From a virus (Duplodnaviria; Caudoviricetes): a DNA stretch of 64,000 nucleotides. The position numbers were made by a program, and so were the translations under genes. The notes beneath the pieces are model-generated. The model saw nothing but the letters and a program-made list of their open reading frames with translations. It made no database searches and had not been told where the DNA came from. The stretch is from the IMG/VR virus record IMGVR_UViG_3300024270_000002, one strand, 5' to 3'. Of the stretch, positions 38,801 to 49,833 are shown piece after piece (positions within the stretch are counted from its first letter, which is position 1; each line of letters opens with the position of its first letter).

Positions 38801-41800
38801 GAATAACAGAGCATTCGCCGCAATCAATGAAATGCGCCGAGGTATCGAAAACAGTCTTGGTTACAAAGAGCCTAGATTGCAGAACATCACTTTCGGTAAG
38901 ATGACTGTCTCAGTTGCTGAGATTGCTGCAGTTACGTTTAAGGAGTATTGATATGGTAAGTTATTGGAAAACACAGTGGTTTAATCTGGCTATGGCTCTC
39001 GGAGCTATAATTATCGTGATAGTTAATATGGTTCAGGGCGACGAGCTTATGGTAGTAGCTTGGACAGTTTCTTTTGTCTATTGGATGATCCTGTCTTATG
39101 TAGATTACAACGCAGAAAAAATCAAGTTGCTCGAAAAGAAACAGGAGAGAGATGATCAGATGTATGAACTCGTGCAGGAACTCGTAGCAGCAAACAAGAT
39201 CGACCGCGAGATCATGAAGAAGTATGAAGAAAGACTTAAGAAGTTGGAGGGAAAGAAAGATGTATTATACAGATAAGTATGTATTTCCGAATAAGTGGAC
39301 GGAAGAAGATTTCGAAAAGCTTCAAGCTTTGTGCGAGGAGTGTAAGAAAGAAAGGGCCAAGAAAAAGACTGTAGAACCTTGTCCGCAGTTTGAACCTAAG
39401 AAAGGAAACTAAAGATGAAACAGTTTCTTAAGAACTTGGGAACCGGCTTTCTGTTTTTCCTGCTCTCGTGCTGCAGCTCTTGTTTTGGCATAGCCGCGTA
39501 CTACGGGTTCGTCGCTATCTCAGAAACTTCAGGTTGGACAGCTATAGGTCTTTGCCTTGTAGCAGTAGTTATGACACTCACAATGGGATTCCTTATCTAC
39601 TGCATGGGACTCATTCCTAATGATACTGTAGAAAGACTCAAGTGTAAGATTACAGAGCTGGAGGAAAAAGAAAATGATTAAGTATGAATTCCCCTGTTAT
39701 CCCGGAGATGACGTATGGTACATAGAGCTCTACAATGGAAAGGCCCTCACCTTGGGAAAAGATAAGGTACAGATGGTTGGCTTCTCCACTCGAAGTGTGC
39801 AGATTAAGCTTCGAGGTCACCAGAGCTTTAACAAGACTCATACTTGGGGCAAGACTGTCTTCGCTACTGAGGAAGAGTGTCGAGCCGCTTATGAAAAGCT
39901 TAAAGCAGAAAAAGGAGAACTGCGATGATTAAACCCACTGCTCAGCTTCTTGAGGAAGCTAAAGAAGATCTACAAGAGATTATAGACTACGTAGCAGCAG
40001 AGACTGCTGATGTAAGTCTTTTGCTCTGGCTGCAAGATCTGGAACTTAAGTTCGGTACTATCTATCGCAGACTCTCTAATCCTATTACACAACAGAAAGG
40101 AAATTAAGATGGAATTTATTGGAGCAGCAAGAAATGTTAGAGAACTTAAGGCACTTCTCATGAAGGTAGAGCCGACTGCTACTATTACTTTCAGTGGGAC
40201 TGATGAAAACTCTTCTAATGTAGAACTCTGGTATGATGAAGAAACAAATGATTTAACTTTGCTGTAAGGAGACAAACTATGAAATACTTTAAGGTAACTA
40301 ATGTTGATGACACTGAAGACGAGTTCTACGTTAGCTCGACTCTACCTAACGAAACTCCGTGCCATCTCGCTATGACTCTTAATCTCGGAGAGGGAGACGG
40401 AAGATACGATATTGTCGAGGTAGACAAAGAAGAGTTTGATCGTGAAACAGAAGAAGATGAGTCAGATTTATATGATCACTTTCGTGAAGTACAAGAAGCG
40501 ATTCCTTTCTTTTCTCGCTATGATGAGGAAGGCGACTGGTATGACTATGATGGTGATGACAGTGATTGTTACTAATAAAAGTATTTAACATAGAACAATC
40601 TAGAATCTTCTCTATCATACATAGTTATTAGGCTTATAAAACATATTAGAAGTTTATTTAAATATGATACAGATAAACCTTGGCTGGCTACGGTCAGCCT
40701 TATTTTATTAGTAGATTTGTTTAGATAATTAAGTAATCTTTGTGCAGTATTACTGTTTACAAAATAAAATAAACTTTGTATAATGTATTCATAATATAAA
40801 TAAGGAGGACTACATATTATGAATGTAAAGCTTCGTCAGGTTATTACATCACCAATGAGAACTATCCTTGCAGTTCGCGCGGCATTTGATTACTGTGAGA
40901 ATGTAGATGATATTAAAGAAGTTATTAAAAAGATTCCACCTAAGTTTGGTGCGTTCAAACTTCTGACAGTATATGAAGATGAGCATTACTTCATTATACA
41001 GAATCTTTTTGAAAAGAACGGTGAGATGCATTCTCAAGTAGTATCTCATGATTTCTATGATGTAAAGGAGGATTACTATTATGACTTCGGAAGAAAAGCT
41101 TAACATGTATCGAGAGAAGAAACAGTTTATTGAAAACCTAGGCTACGCATTTCAAGTAAGACCCGGCTGTGCTTCCGTAGAAGGTGTCGAATATGAAGTC
41201 TATCAAAAACTTTATATTGATGTTATGGACTTTCGTGAATGGATTATTGTACACTATACTGGTGGCGGTAGAGCTATGAAGATCGTAAGCGGTAATAGTA
41301 ATGCTGCTAACTTTGTAGTAATCGGTTCTATGCTGCATGGCGGCTGCTACGAACAAGTGCGTATATATGAAGAGCAGTCTGAGCATGGTTATGAAAAGGT
41401 GAAGCTATGATACTAGAAGAAGATAGACTTATATTACATGATCTAAAAGGAGTCAACTTACGGGTTGGCTTCTTCTTAGGTACGCGGCAGGAACTGCTAA
41501 AGGATACTAAGTGCATACACTACTCTATCTGCTGGGATACTGTAGATGTTAGGGTGGATCAGATCACCCTCTCTGAAGAACTACTGGAGCTAGACTTCTT
41601 CCACGTTACGCAGCAACTAGTAATAGACGATCATGTGATTGCCGGAGAGGTAATTGATTTCAGATGTGAGAAGGTTAATGGGCTTCTTACAGCTTCTTGT
41701 ACAATACTACTAGGACGAGACTATTAAATTTCTGAAACTTTGTGTAATTTGTCAGTTTACAAAATGAATAAAATGTGTTATAATATATATGTAATAAAGA

Positions 41801-43187
41801 TTAAGGAGGACAGAAAGAATGTCTGAAAATGAGAAGTATCCTATTAAAGAAGAGTGGGAAGAATACTACAAAGTGCTCGAAGGTATCAGAAGAACCGGAG
41901 TCTGTAATATGTTCGGCGCTTCGCCTTACCTGAAGGAGTTCTGCCCTGAACTTTCTGAGAAAGAGTCTCAGGAGATTCTTTGCAACTGGATTCATAACTA
42001 TGATGCCTTGAACGAAAAGTACGGCTGGAGGAATTAAGCTATGAAGGTTATCTCTACTACTGATCTTTCTCGACCTGGAAATGATTGTTATATCTACGAA
42101 TCAGTTTCTTTGGTAGAGCAATTCGAGCTCTTCTCTGTGATTCGTTACTGGAGAGTTACAGGCTGGTCAGACCGAGAAGAAGTTTCTGTGCTATATACTT
42201 CGCTTTCACGAAGCTCAGCAGCAGAAAGATATAAAAGCTACGGCGGAAAAATTTAAATAAAAGAAAGGATTACATATACAAATGAATACTACTAATAATA
42301 CTATCAAGAACCTCGCTGAATGGATCGAAAGCTTGAAGCAGTTTGCAGAAGGTGATCACGAACTTCTTATCTCTTGGTTTAAGGATACTAAAGACAAACC
42401 TTTCTCTATCGTCGGTGGTTGGCAGAAGATGTTTAAGGAAGACTACTCAGATCTCTTCTGCTGTAGTAAGTCTCAGCCTGAGTATGTGATGTGTGTTAAG
42501 ATCGTAAAGAACGAAGGACCTTACGCTTACACAGACTTTGATACTATGAACATGCCGACAGATTCTTTCGGCAATGTAGACGACACCTGCATCCCTCTCG
42601 AGTGGGACGACTCTGCAGATGCTGCCGCTGCCTTCTTTCTTTGTGAGTGGGAAAGAATCATGGCGGAGTACGAGGAGGACAGAGAATGAGCAATTGGCTT
42701 ACTGAAGCAGTTGCACGCGAAGCCGCTTATGATGAAGGCTACGAAGCCGGTAAGCTTTGCGCTGCACAACAGATCTTAGATGACCTCGAAGAAGTTATTA
42801 AGGAGAAACGAGAAGGGTATAGACAGACTCGGGAAAAGCATAAGTCAATAGATTACCACGAGAGCTATAGCTATTGGCTTGGTCGTGGACTAACCTGTGG
42901 CGAGATCCTTATGCTGCTGACTGAGCTTAAAAAGAAATATGGAATAGACTAAGAGTCTAAGTAATTGATATCGTATAATAAAATATAAAAACAAAAGGAG
43001 AATAAAAATTATGTTTGGAAAATATGAAACTTGGAAGATTGTTTACGTTCCTACTATTATGAATAATGGAGCAAGAGGTGTTGCTCTTGTAGAAGCCGTA
43101 GATAGACAACATGCAATGAATCAGTTTCAGCAGCAATACACCGGGCAGTTCCATACAGTAGAGTCCTGCACTAAGCTGCTCGGCTAA
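35880..43187 (+). other. Dense array of about 25 small hypothetical CDSs (e.g. 35880, 36186, 36584, 36897, 37201, 37670, 38044, 38265, 38724, 39415, 39674, 39925, 40109, 40279, 40819, 41081, 41407, 41819, 42041, 42282, 43011)
   Basis: Abutting or overlapping + strand ORFs with RBSs, punctuated by early promoters. Confidence 0.7.
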
Positions 43188-43241
43188 AAAGAATTTAGGG
43201 AGTAGTATCAAAATTTAGAAAATAATGCCGTATAATATTAT

Positions 43242-43476
43242 AGAACAGAACGTTGCGAGGGTTACGGTGCGTTTGATACTTAGGTATATTTCTTTTCTTT
43301 CTTCTCTTTTCACCTCCCTCCTTTTTCGAAAAATAAGTGTGTTCATATAAGACCACTCGCAGCGTTCGTTCGCCTCCTTCGTTTGTCATAATAAAAGTAA
43401 ATAAGTTCGGATGCCTCCTTTCTAAAGTTAATTTTATCTTATTTCTTTTAAGACCGTTGCTGCGGTCTTTTTCTTT
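43242..43476 (+). ncRNA. Candidate sRNA of about 230 nt with three anti-SD tracts and its own terminator
   Basis: Promoter at 43228; stem gaacgttgcgag/ctcgcagcgttc; CACCUCCCUCCUUU, GCCUCCUUC and GGAUGCCUCCUUUCUA tracts; terminator aagaccg-ttgctg-cggtctt plus T tract. Confidence 0.7.
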
Positions 43477-43509
43477 TTATATCGTATAATATAATAAAGG
43501 AGAATACTA

Positions 43510-46500
43510 ATGAGTAGATACGTTATTTATTACAGTACCAGGAAGTGTATGTTCAGAGACCTCGCGAGTACCTGGAAAGCTTGGGCAGAAGAAGCTCACT
43601 TAGATGAAAGCCAGCTAAGAGGAATGTCGCTCTTCTTCCGGCATATAGGAAGAAGATTCGGGTTAATAAATGAATTCAAAGATATTGGTGTTATCTAAAT
43701 GTTTACAATTTGGTAATAACTTTTTTTTGAAAAAGGGTTTTACAAATTATGGAAAACATGTTATAATAAATACATAAGAAATAAGAACGACAAACTAAAA
43801 AAATTAGAAGGAGATTGAATTATGTTTAACACAAAACTTATCGACAAGTTCTACGAAGCTTTATTCTGTACTGACTTTAAAGATTATACGAGCGCAACAC
43901 AAAATGAAAAAACGGACTGTCTCTCCGAATGTAAAGATTTTGATGAGTGGCTTGATAGACTTATTAATGTCTTTGCAGATGAAGAAGAAGTTAATGCTGT
44001 AGAGGTTAGAACCGCAGCACTCGCAGACAAGAAGTTTATTGAGACAATGAAAGCTGAGTATGAAGAGCTTCTTGAACTCTGTGACGATGAAGATGATGAA
44101 GAAGATTTCAACGATGAAGATTAAGGAGAACAACATATGTTTTATTACACAGTAGAATCCAGTCACTGGCCGATGAACCTCGAGTTCAAATCCACTATTG
44201 AGATGAAGGAAGGACAATGCTTCAGAATCCTTTCTCACAGTAATCTCATTAAGAACTATCCTACTAGATTTAAGGTATTGAGTGTTTCGGATACTCCTAC
44301 CTTCTCTGGTCCGATAGTAGAGATTACCGATGTAGACTTTAATGTCGAAACCTTTTAATTAAATAAGAGTGCACGGGAAACTATTAAAATCCAGTGCACT
44401 TTTTCTATTTACAAATATCGGTAAATGGAGTATAATATAAATATAAAATAAAAGAATGTGAGGCATTTAATATGGAAAGAAATGGAAAGACTTTTATTAT
44501 TGTAACAGATGATTTCTTAACTAAAGATGTTTTCTTAACCTTTAAGGATTCTGACCTAGGCTGCACGACAGTAGATTGGTTAGAAGAAATGATAGAGTAT
44601 GATTTCTCGGATACCATCGAAGAGGCTCTACATAAAGCAGAGCAGGCGAATAGCATGACTCTCGGCGGCTGGCCAAGTCCTATGAAGATCACTGAAGTAC
44701 TTAACTTTAACTCTGCTTTCACCGGCGACGAAGAACCTGAACTTAAAACAGTTAGAACCCTTACTTTCCATAGATAATTTGCTTAGATACAAAAGATAAA
44801 GTATAAAATAAAAAGTGAGGTATATAATATGAAGACGGGAAGACTTAAAGAATTATGTTTATTGGTTTGGGCTCTATTAACTGATGAGGAAAAGGAAGCC
44901 TACTTCTACGGAACCGGAACTATCGAGTTTATAGAAGATGTCGCTAAACTATTTAGTATAGAAGCTGGTGAGCTTTCAGAAGAATTTATTGACGAAGTAG
45001 CAGAACAGCTTTAATAGCTACATAAGAGTCGTATAATATTATGCGGCTCTTTTTTATTTGTAAACAATTTATTAACAACTCATCAAAGGGGTTTACAAAA
45101 TAAGAAATGTATGGTATAATATAAATAGAATAAATCAGGGAGGATTACATAATGCTTAAGATAATCAGAGAAAGAAGACCCCTTAAGTTCAGAGACTATA
45201 CAATCGAATATAGATACAAGGATGATCCTGAAGCTGGCTTCACCTTTCCTGCTACTTGCCACGGTGACCCAGATTTCTCCTGTATGGGCCGAGAGATGTT
45301 GGCTAACTACGAAGCTTGCCTCACTGATAAACGGCTGACAGAGGGAGAATTTACTAAGCACGAATGGACCTATATGGAACCGGCTCTTGGTATCTGCTCT
45401 TGTGGTAAGGAACTTACCCTCGACTGTGACCATGCCGGAGCTGTACAGTGCGAGTGCGGAAAGTGGTACAACCTGTTCGGTCAGTCACTTATTGATCCTA
45501 AGTACTGGTACAGAGATGAAGATGACTACTACTCTGATATGGAGGATTAACTAATGACTTACTATCACGGAACATCGATAGCGGGACTTACTGAAATTCT
45601 TCCTCCAGTGGATACAGCTGTACTGAGAGAAGATTTTAGAAAGAAGTTTTTAGATTGTGTATTTGTTACACCTCTCAAAAAGTCTGCAGAAGCTTATGCT
45701 AGAAAGTGTGCTTCTAAATTCGGTGGCAAGCCTGTAGTATATGAAGTAAAACCAATTAATCCAATTGAGATAAATGTGTCTCAGTACATTTGTGATAAAG
45801 CTTTGGTAATACGGGAGGTTTAAATGTATAAGCTAGAACTTACAGAAGAAGAACTACAGTTTCTGCATGATAGATGTGTCAGCAAGATTGCAAGACTAGA
45901 AGAAGCACACCTTGAGGATGTCCCTTGCTATCGTTTATCTTGGCAGGTGTTGCATAAGATTTATGAAGCTCGTGGTTTAAAGAATACTACAGAGGAGAAG
46001 TTTTAAGATGAAGATTAAGTTTATAACCTTTAGACCTTGCTATGGCGGAGTATATGGTGTTGTAGTTAAGGATACTGCTACAGTGTTAAATGAGTGGTTA
46101 GAAGAAAATCCTGATGTAGAAATCGTCAGCTGGCAAACTACTCCGGTAGGAGCAGAAAACGAACTTTATATTACTATTCAGTACAAGGAGCAGGAGGACT
46201 GACTATGGATACTAAGCAGATGTTAAAAGACGGCTTTAAAAAGAAGCAGGTAGCTTTACTTATCTATAAGGATAGCTACAACGGAAAAGAACATATCGTA
46301 GTAGTTGATACTCCGGAGCATGCGAAAGAATATAAGACCTCAGAAACTATGAGGCTTGCTACTATGTATATTAAGGAGAATTGATATGAGAGCAAATGAA
46401 AAGAAGATGATTCTACACTATCTACATGTCGCTCATAATGATTGGTTAGCCGCAAAGCTACTGGGTAAACAGCAACCCAGATCTTCTCAGTTTCCTACCA

Positions 46501-48482
46501 TTAGTCAGGAAGAGGTGGCAGCCTATCGTGAGTTTAATACTCTGCGTCACCTAGCTGATGACCTTGGGATTTCCCATCCCTATGACTTTTGTGAAGGAGA
46601 TTAACTTATGGCTTATGTCTTGAAACTTACTGACCAGCAGTATTCCGGTTTTACTTATATAAGTAAAGGAAGTATCTTGAGTCATGGAAGACACGGCTTC
46701 TTTCTCGAGGACTCTGTATTTGAAACTGCCGGAGAGGCAGTAGACCATATTCAGACTTGTCTGGAGAGCGGTTGGTACCGGACTGATATCACCCCCGCGA
46801 ACTTTGAAGTAGTTGAGGTTAATCTGTATCCTGAGATTGACCCTTACTTCTATTACACAAAAGATGAGGCTGAAAGATTTAAGAATCTTAATTAAGGAGT
46901 TTTACAAATGACATTTGAATTTATGTATGGAGATACCTGGTATAAGTATGAAGATGGAAAGATCATTCAGCAGTGCTCAGATGGAACCTATAGCGAGTGG
47001 GCTGAACCTGTATGTCCGGTAGTTATAGAACTTCAGAATCAGATGGGAGCTATTCCAGAAGATGTAAGACCTGTAGTTATGCAGGGGCTTCTGCACGCTT
47101 ATGGCTACGGTATCATAGACGGAAAGAATAAAAAGATTGCTGAGTTTAAAAGAGTATTTAAGTTAGACTAAGGAGGAAGCGATGTATCCAAGAAGAGTAA
47201 CTTTTAGCTTTGAGCTAGATAAGAAAGCAATGACCCATCTGAAAGAAAGATCGAGTTATAATCATAATTACTATGAGCTTGACCTAAATGCTTACGGGGA
47301 TTATATCCTTGCAGAGAAGTGTAATATCCTGTACGAGGAATGTAATGACAGCGACTTCTATGCTTACTATTCCCTGGGATACTTCGAAGGAGATAAGTTC
47401 CAGCCTATGTTTACTTGGCTCGATGAATGTAAGAACTTAGATTTTATTATGGAGTAACCTATTATGAATATGAATTATGCACAACTTAAGTTCCCGCCAT
47501 ATGAGTGGCTTAAGAAGCTTTCTCTTACTGAGAAGTATACTTATGTAGACAGAGCTACAGGAGAGGGGCATGAAGAAGAAACATATAAAGAATATGAGTT
47601 TACTCTCTTCACAACCCCGACAGATGTATATGGCAGATTTACTTATAATGAAGATGACTCTCATATGATCTACTTCGATGTTATGGAAGATGGATACTGT
47701 GATCATAATAACCTAGGTAAGCGATTTAAGTTTAATAAGAAGGATTATAAAGCAGCTTGCGAGTATGCTCAGAAGATCTATAATGAATTCCAGAGATACT
47801 TGTTTGCAGATCAGTCCTGGCAGTGGGCTGTTACGCCGGAAGAATACTACAGGGAGCATACTAACTAATATGAATATCTCAGAAGAGCTTAAGCAGGAAC
47901 TCGGTAATGCTATCGCAGCTTACGGTAAGATTCTACACTCTGCTTTCTTAGGTGCTCAAGTGTCACCTGAGTTTGAGAAGCTACATAATTGTTCTGAGGA
48001 AGAGCTGAAACATAAGATGCAAATTCTTAAGGACTTTTATAATCAGTTATAATTAGGAGGATACGTCTATGGATAAGATGGAACAAAAGGAACTCGCAGT
48101 AAGGTGTCTGGAGATGCTTGATATCTACAAACCCTATATCAGAAAGTTTAAGTCTAAGGTAGGAACCCCTTGCTTCTTTGAACAGTTCGCCGGCTTCTGG
48201 GTAGATCAGGAACCTGAGATTTATAATAAGATGAAGGAAGTAGAAGAGGAGTATGGCTGTCTTGTTTATGCGCTAACTCATGAGATTACTGACTTAGGCG
48301 AAACCTGGTCTATGCTCTGTGTACCTGAGAGTGCAGAGAGTATTGAAGATGTTATCGGATCATTTAATCAGCGTGAGTTCTATGCTTTCTCTTATACCTG
48401 GAATAAGACTAATCCTATGTTCTCTGAGTTCGGTGATATAGTAGTCATGGCTCGGTTCGGTGGCATTAAGAGAGTACACTAA
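43510..48482 (+). other. Array of small hypothetical CDSs (43510, 43822, 44137, 44472, 44829, 45152, 45824, 46008, 46205, 46386, 46608, 46908, 47182, 47464, 48069 and others)
   Basis: Packed + strand ORFs with RBSs and early promoters. Confidence 0.7.
45554..45823 (+). CDS. Small ADP-ribosyltransferase-fold protein (Arr-like)
   Basis: YYHGTS...VFVT...AxAYA...VYEVxP motif order. Confidence 0.55.
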   Translation: MTYYHGTSIAGLTEILPPVDTAVLREDFRKKFLDCVFVTPLKKSAEAYARKCASKFGGKPVVYEVKPINPIEINVSQYICDKALVIREV

Positions 48483-48522
48483 AAAATATATTTACAAACC
48501 TTTCTTACTGTGATATAATAAC

Positions 48523-48650
48523 TCTGGACTAATGCTTATCCAGATCATATTAATGTCGCATTGAGAAGGGAGGTAGGTACTTTTATATTAATAATTGAAT
48601 AGCTGTCTTTTGTTTATTACCGGTCAACTAAAAGTGGCCGGTAATTTTTA
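48523..48650 (+). ncRNA. Candidate early sRNA with an orphan SD-like AAGGGAGGU
   Basis: Promoter at 48491-48519; 5' hairpin tctgga/tccaga; terminator taccggtca/tggccggta; no properly spaced start codon. Confidence 0.5.
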
Positions 48651-48693
48651 TTGCTAAATTAGGTAGCATATATATTATTGCGAGGTATAATAA

Positions 48694-49308
48694 ATGGTTG
48701 AAACTAGCTTTATGAAATTATATGAAAGACTCGGTAGCATTAACGAGAATAGCAGTCTTAATGAAAAATGGTATAAGTCTGAAGACTACGACGGACGCGT
48801 TTGGTTCTCGGACTCGGCAGTACAATTTAAAAACTTTATGAAGAATCTAAGTTCTTCTGGTATGAAAGGCGTACGTTTAGTTGTTGCTCCGAATTTCTAC
48901 TTAGTAGCTAACGCAGCAGATTTTAATCACGATATGATGATAGAAATTGCAGAGGACGAACTTTACATAGAGTCTCCCGCTGAGTACGAATTAACTACCT
49001 GCGGAATTCCGAAGTGTACAGACTTCGAGTTAGAAAACTATGAACTTGAAGATCTCAAGCAAGAAGCCGAAGATGACCCTGAAGATGAAACCTTTGCAAT
49101 GTACAGAAACTACGACCCAGAAAAAGACTATCGGGGACTATTGATTGCAGACTACGGAACATTCGAATTATCACTTTATAACTTCCTTTCCAAAGCGCAC
49201 CCTAATCATGTTCCAAAATATAAAGGTAGAACTCACTACTTTGAAGACTCAGAAACGTATAGAGTACTAAAGCCCTTGCTTAAGCGTATTTATGTATATG
49301 GCGAATAA
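48694..49308 (+). CDS. Late protein, putative internal head protein
   Basis: GCTAAATTA at 48653; N-terminus LYE..INE..LNE. Confidence 0.6.
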   Translation: MVETSFMKLYERLGSINENSSLNEKWYKSEDYDGRVWFSDSAVQFKNFMKNLSSSGMKGVRLVVAPNFYLVANAADFNHDMMIEIAEDELYIESPAEYELTTCGIPKCTDFELENYELEDLKQEAEDDPEDETFAMYRNYDPEKDYRGLLIADYGTFELSLYNFLSKAHPNHVPKYKGRTHYFEDSETYRVLKPLLKRIYVYGE

Positions 49309-49424
49309 GATACTTTGATAATATATTTAGAAAGCTCATTAAAAAGATGGGCTTTCTTTTTTTTACTTCTAAATTTTATTCGCTGAGATTGTATTATATA
49401 ATATAAGATTTTTACTAAGGAGAA

Positions 49425-49814
49425 ATGATTATGGATAAGCAGTGTAAAAACATTAGATTAAATGATGATGGTTCTATTACTTTTAAAACCGGTCGCAGGG
49501 AAGTGCCTAAGAATAAAGTAGTAAAGCTTACTCGCAAGGAGGTTCACTTTGAGATTCAGGAGTATGCAATGCCTAAGCCTTTGGTAGTTAGAATGAACTG
49601 CGAGGATTACTTTGATGAATCCGTGTGGGCTACAAGACAGACTCTTGATCATCCGTATCCAAGAGGAGTTGTCGCCTATGATACTGGTAGTAAGCATAAG
49701 TCTCTTCCTGCAAAGATTATGAGAACTGTCCGTGGACAGCGAGTTACTTATAAAGATGGAGACCACCTCAATTTGTGTCGCAGCAACCTTAGAGTAGTAG
49801 GTGCTTCTATATAA
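49425..49814 (+). CDS. Degenerate HNH-like (HNH_3) protein
   Basis: VTYKDGDHLNLCRSNLR aligns with VDHINGxxLDNRRSNLR but lacks the catalytic His. Confidence 0.5.
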   Translation: MIMDKQCKNIRLNDDGSITFKTGRREVPKNKVVKLTRKEVHFEIQEYAMPKPLVVRMNCEDYFDESVWATRQTLDHPYPRGVVAYDTGSKHKSLPAKIMRTVRGQRVTYKDGDHLNLCRSNLRVVGASI

Positions 49815-49833
49815 TATCTAAGAGAGAACCTAT

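Noticed and set aside
43195-43389. 64-aa minus-strand ORF as the explanation for the GGAGG/CCUCC tracts
   Set aside because: The SD-like tracts are not at start-codon spacing (the nearest is more than 20 nt from the ATG, the others are internal), and the promoter and terminator are oriented for a + strand RNA.
49425-49814. Active HNH homing endonuclease or mobile element
   Set aside because: The catalytic His and Asn positions appear substituted, and there is no intron or insertion context.
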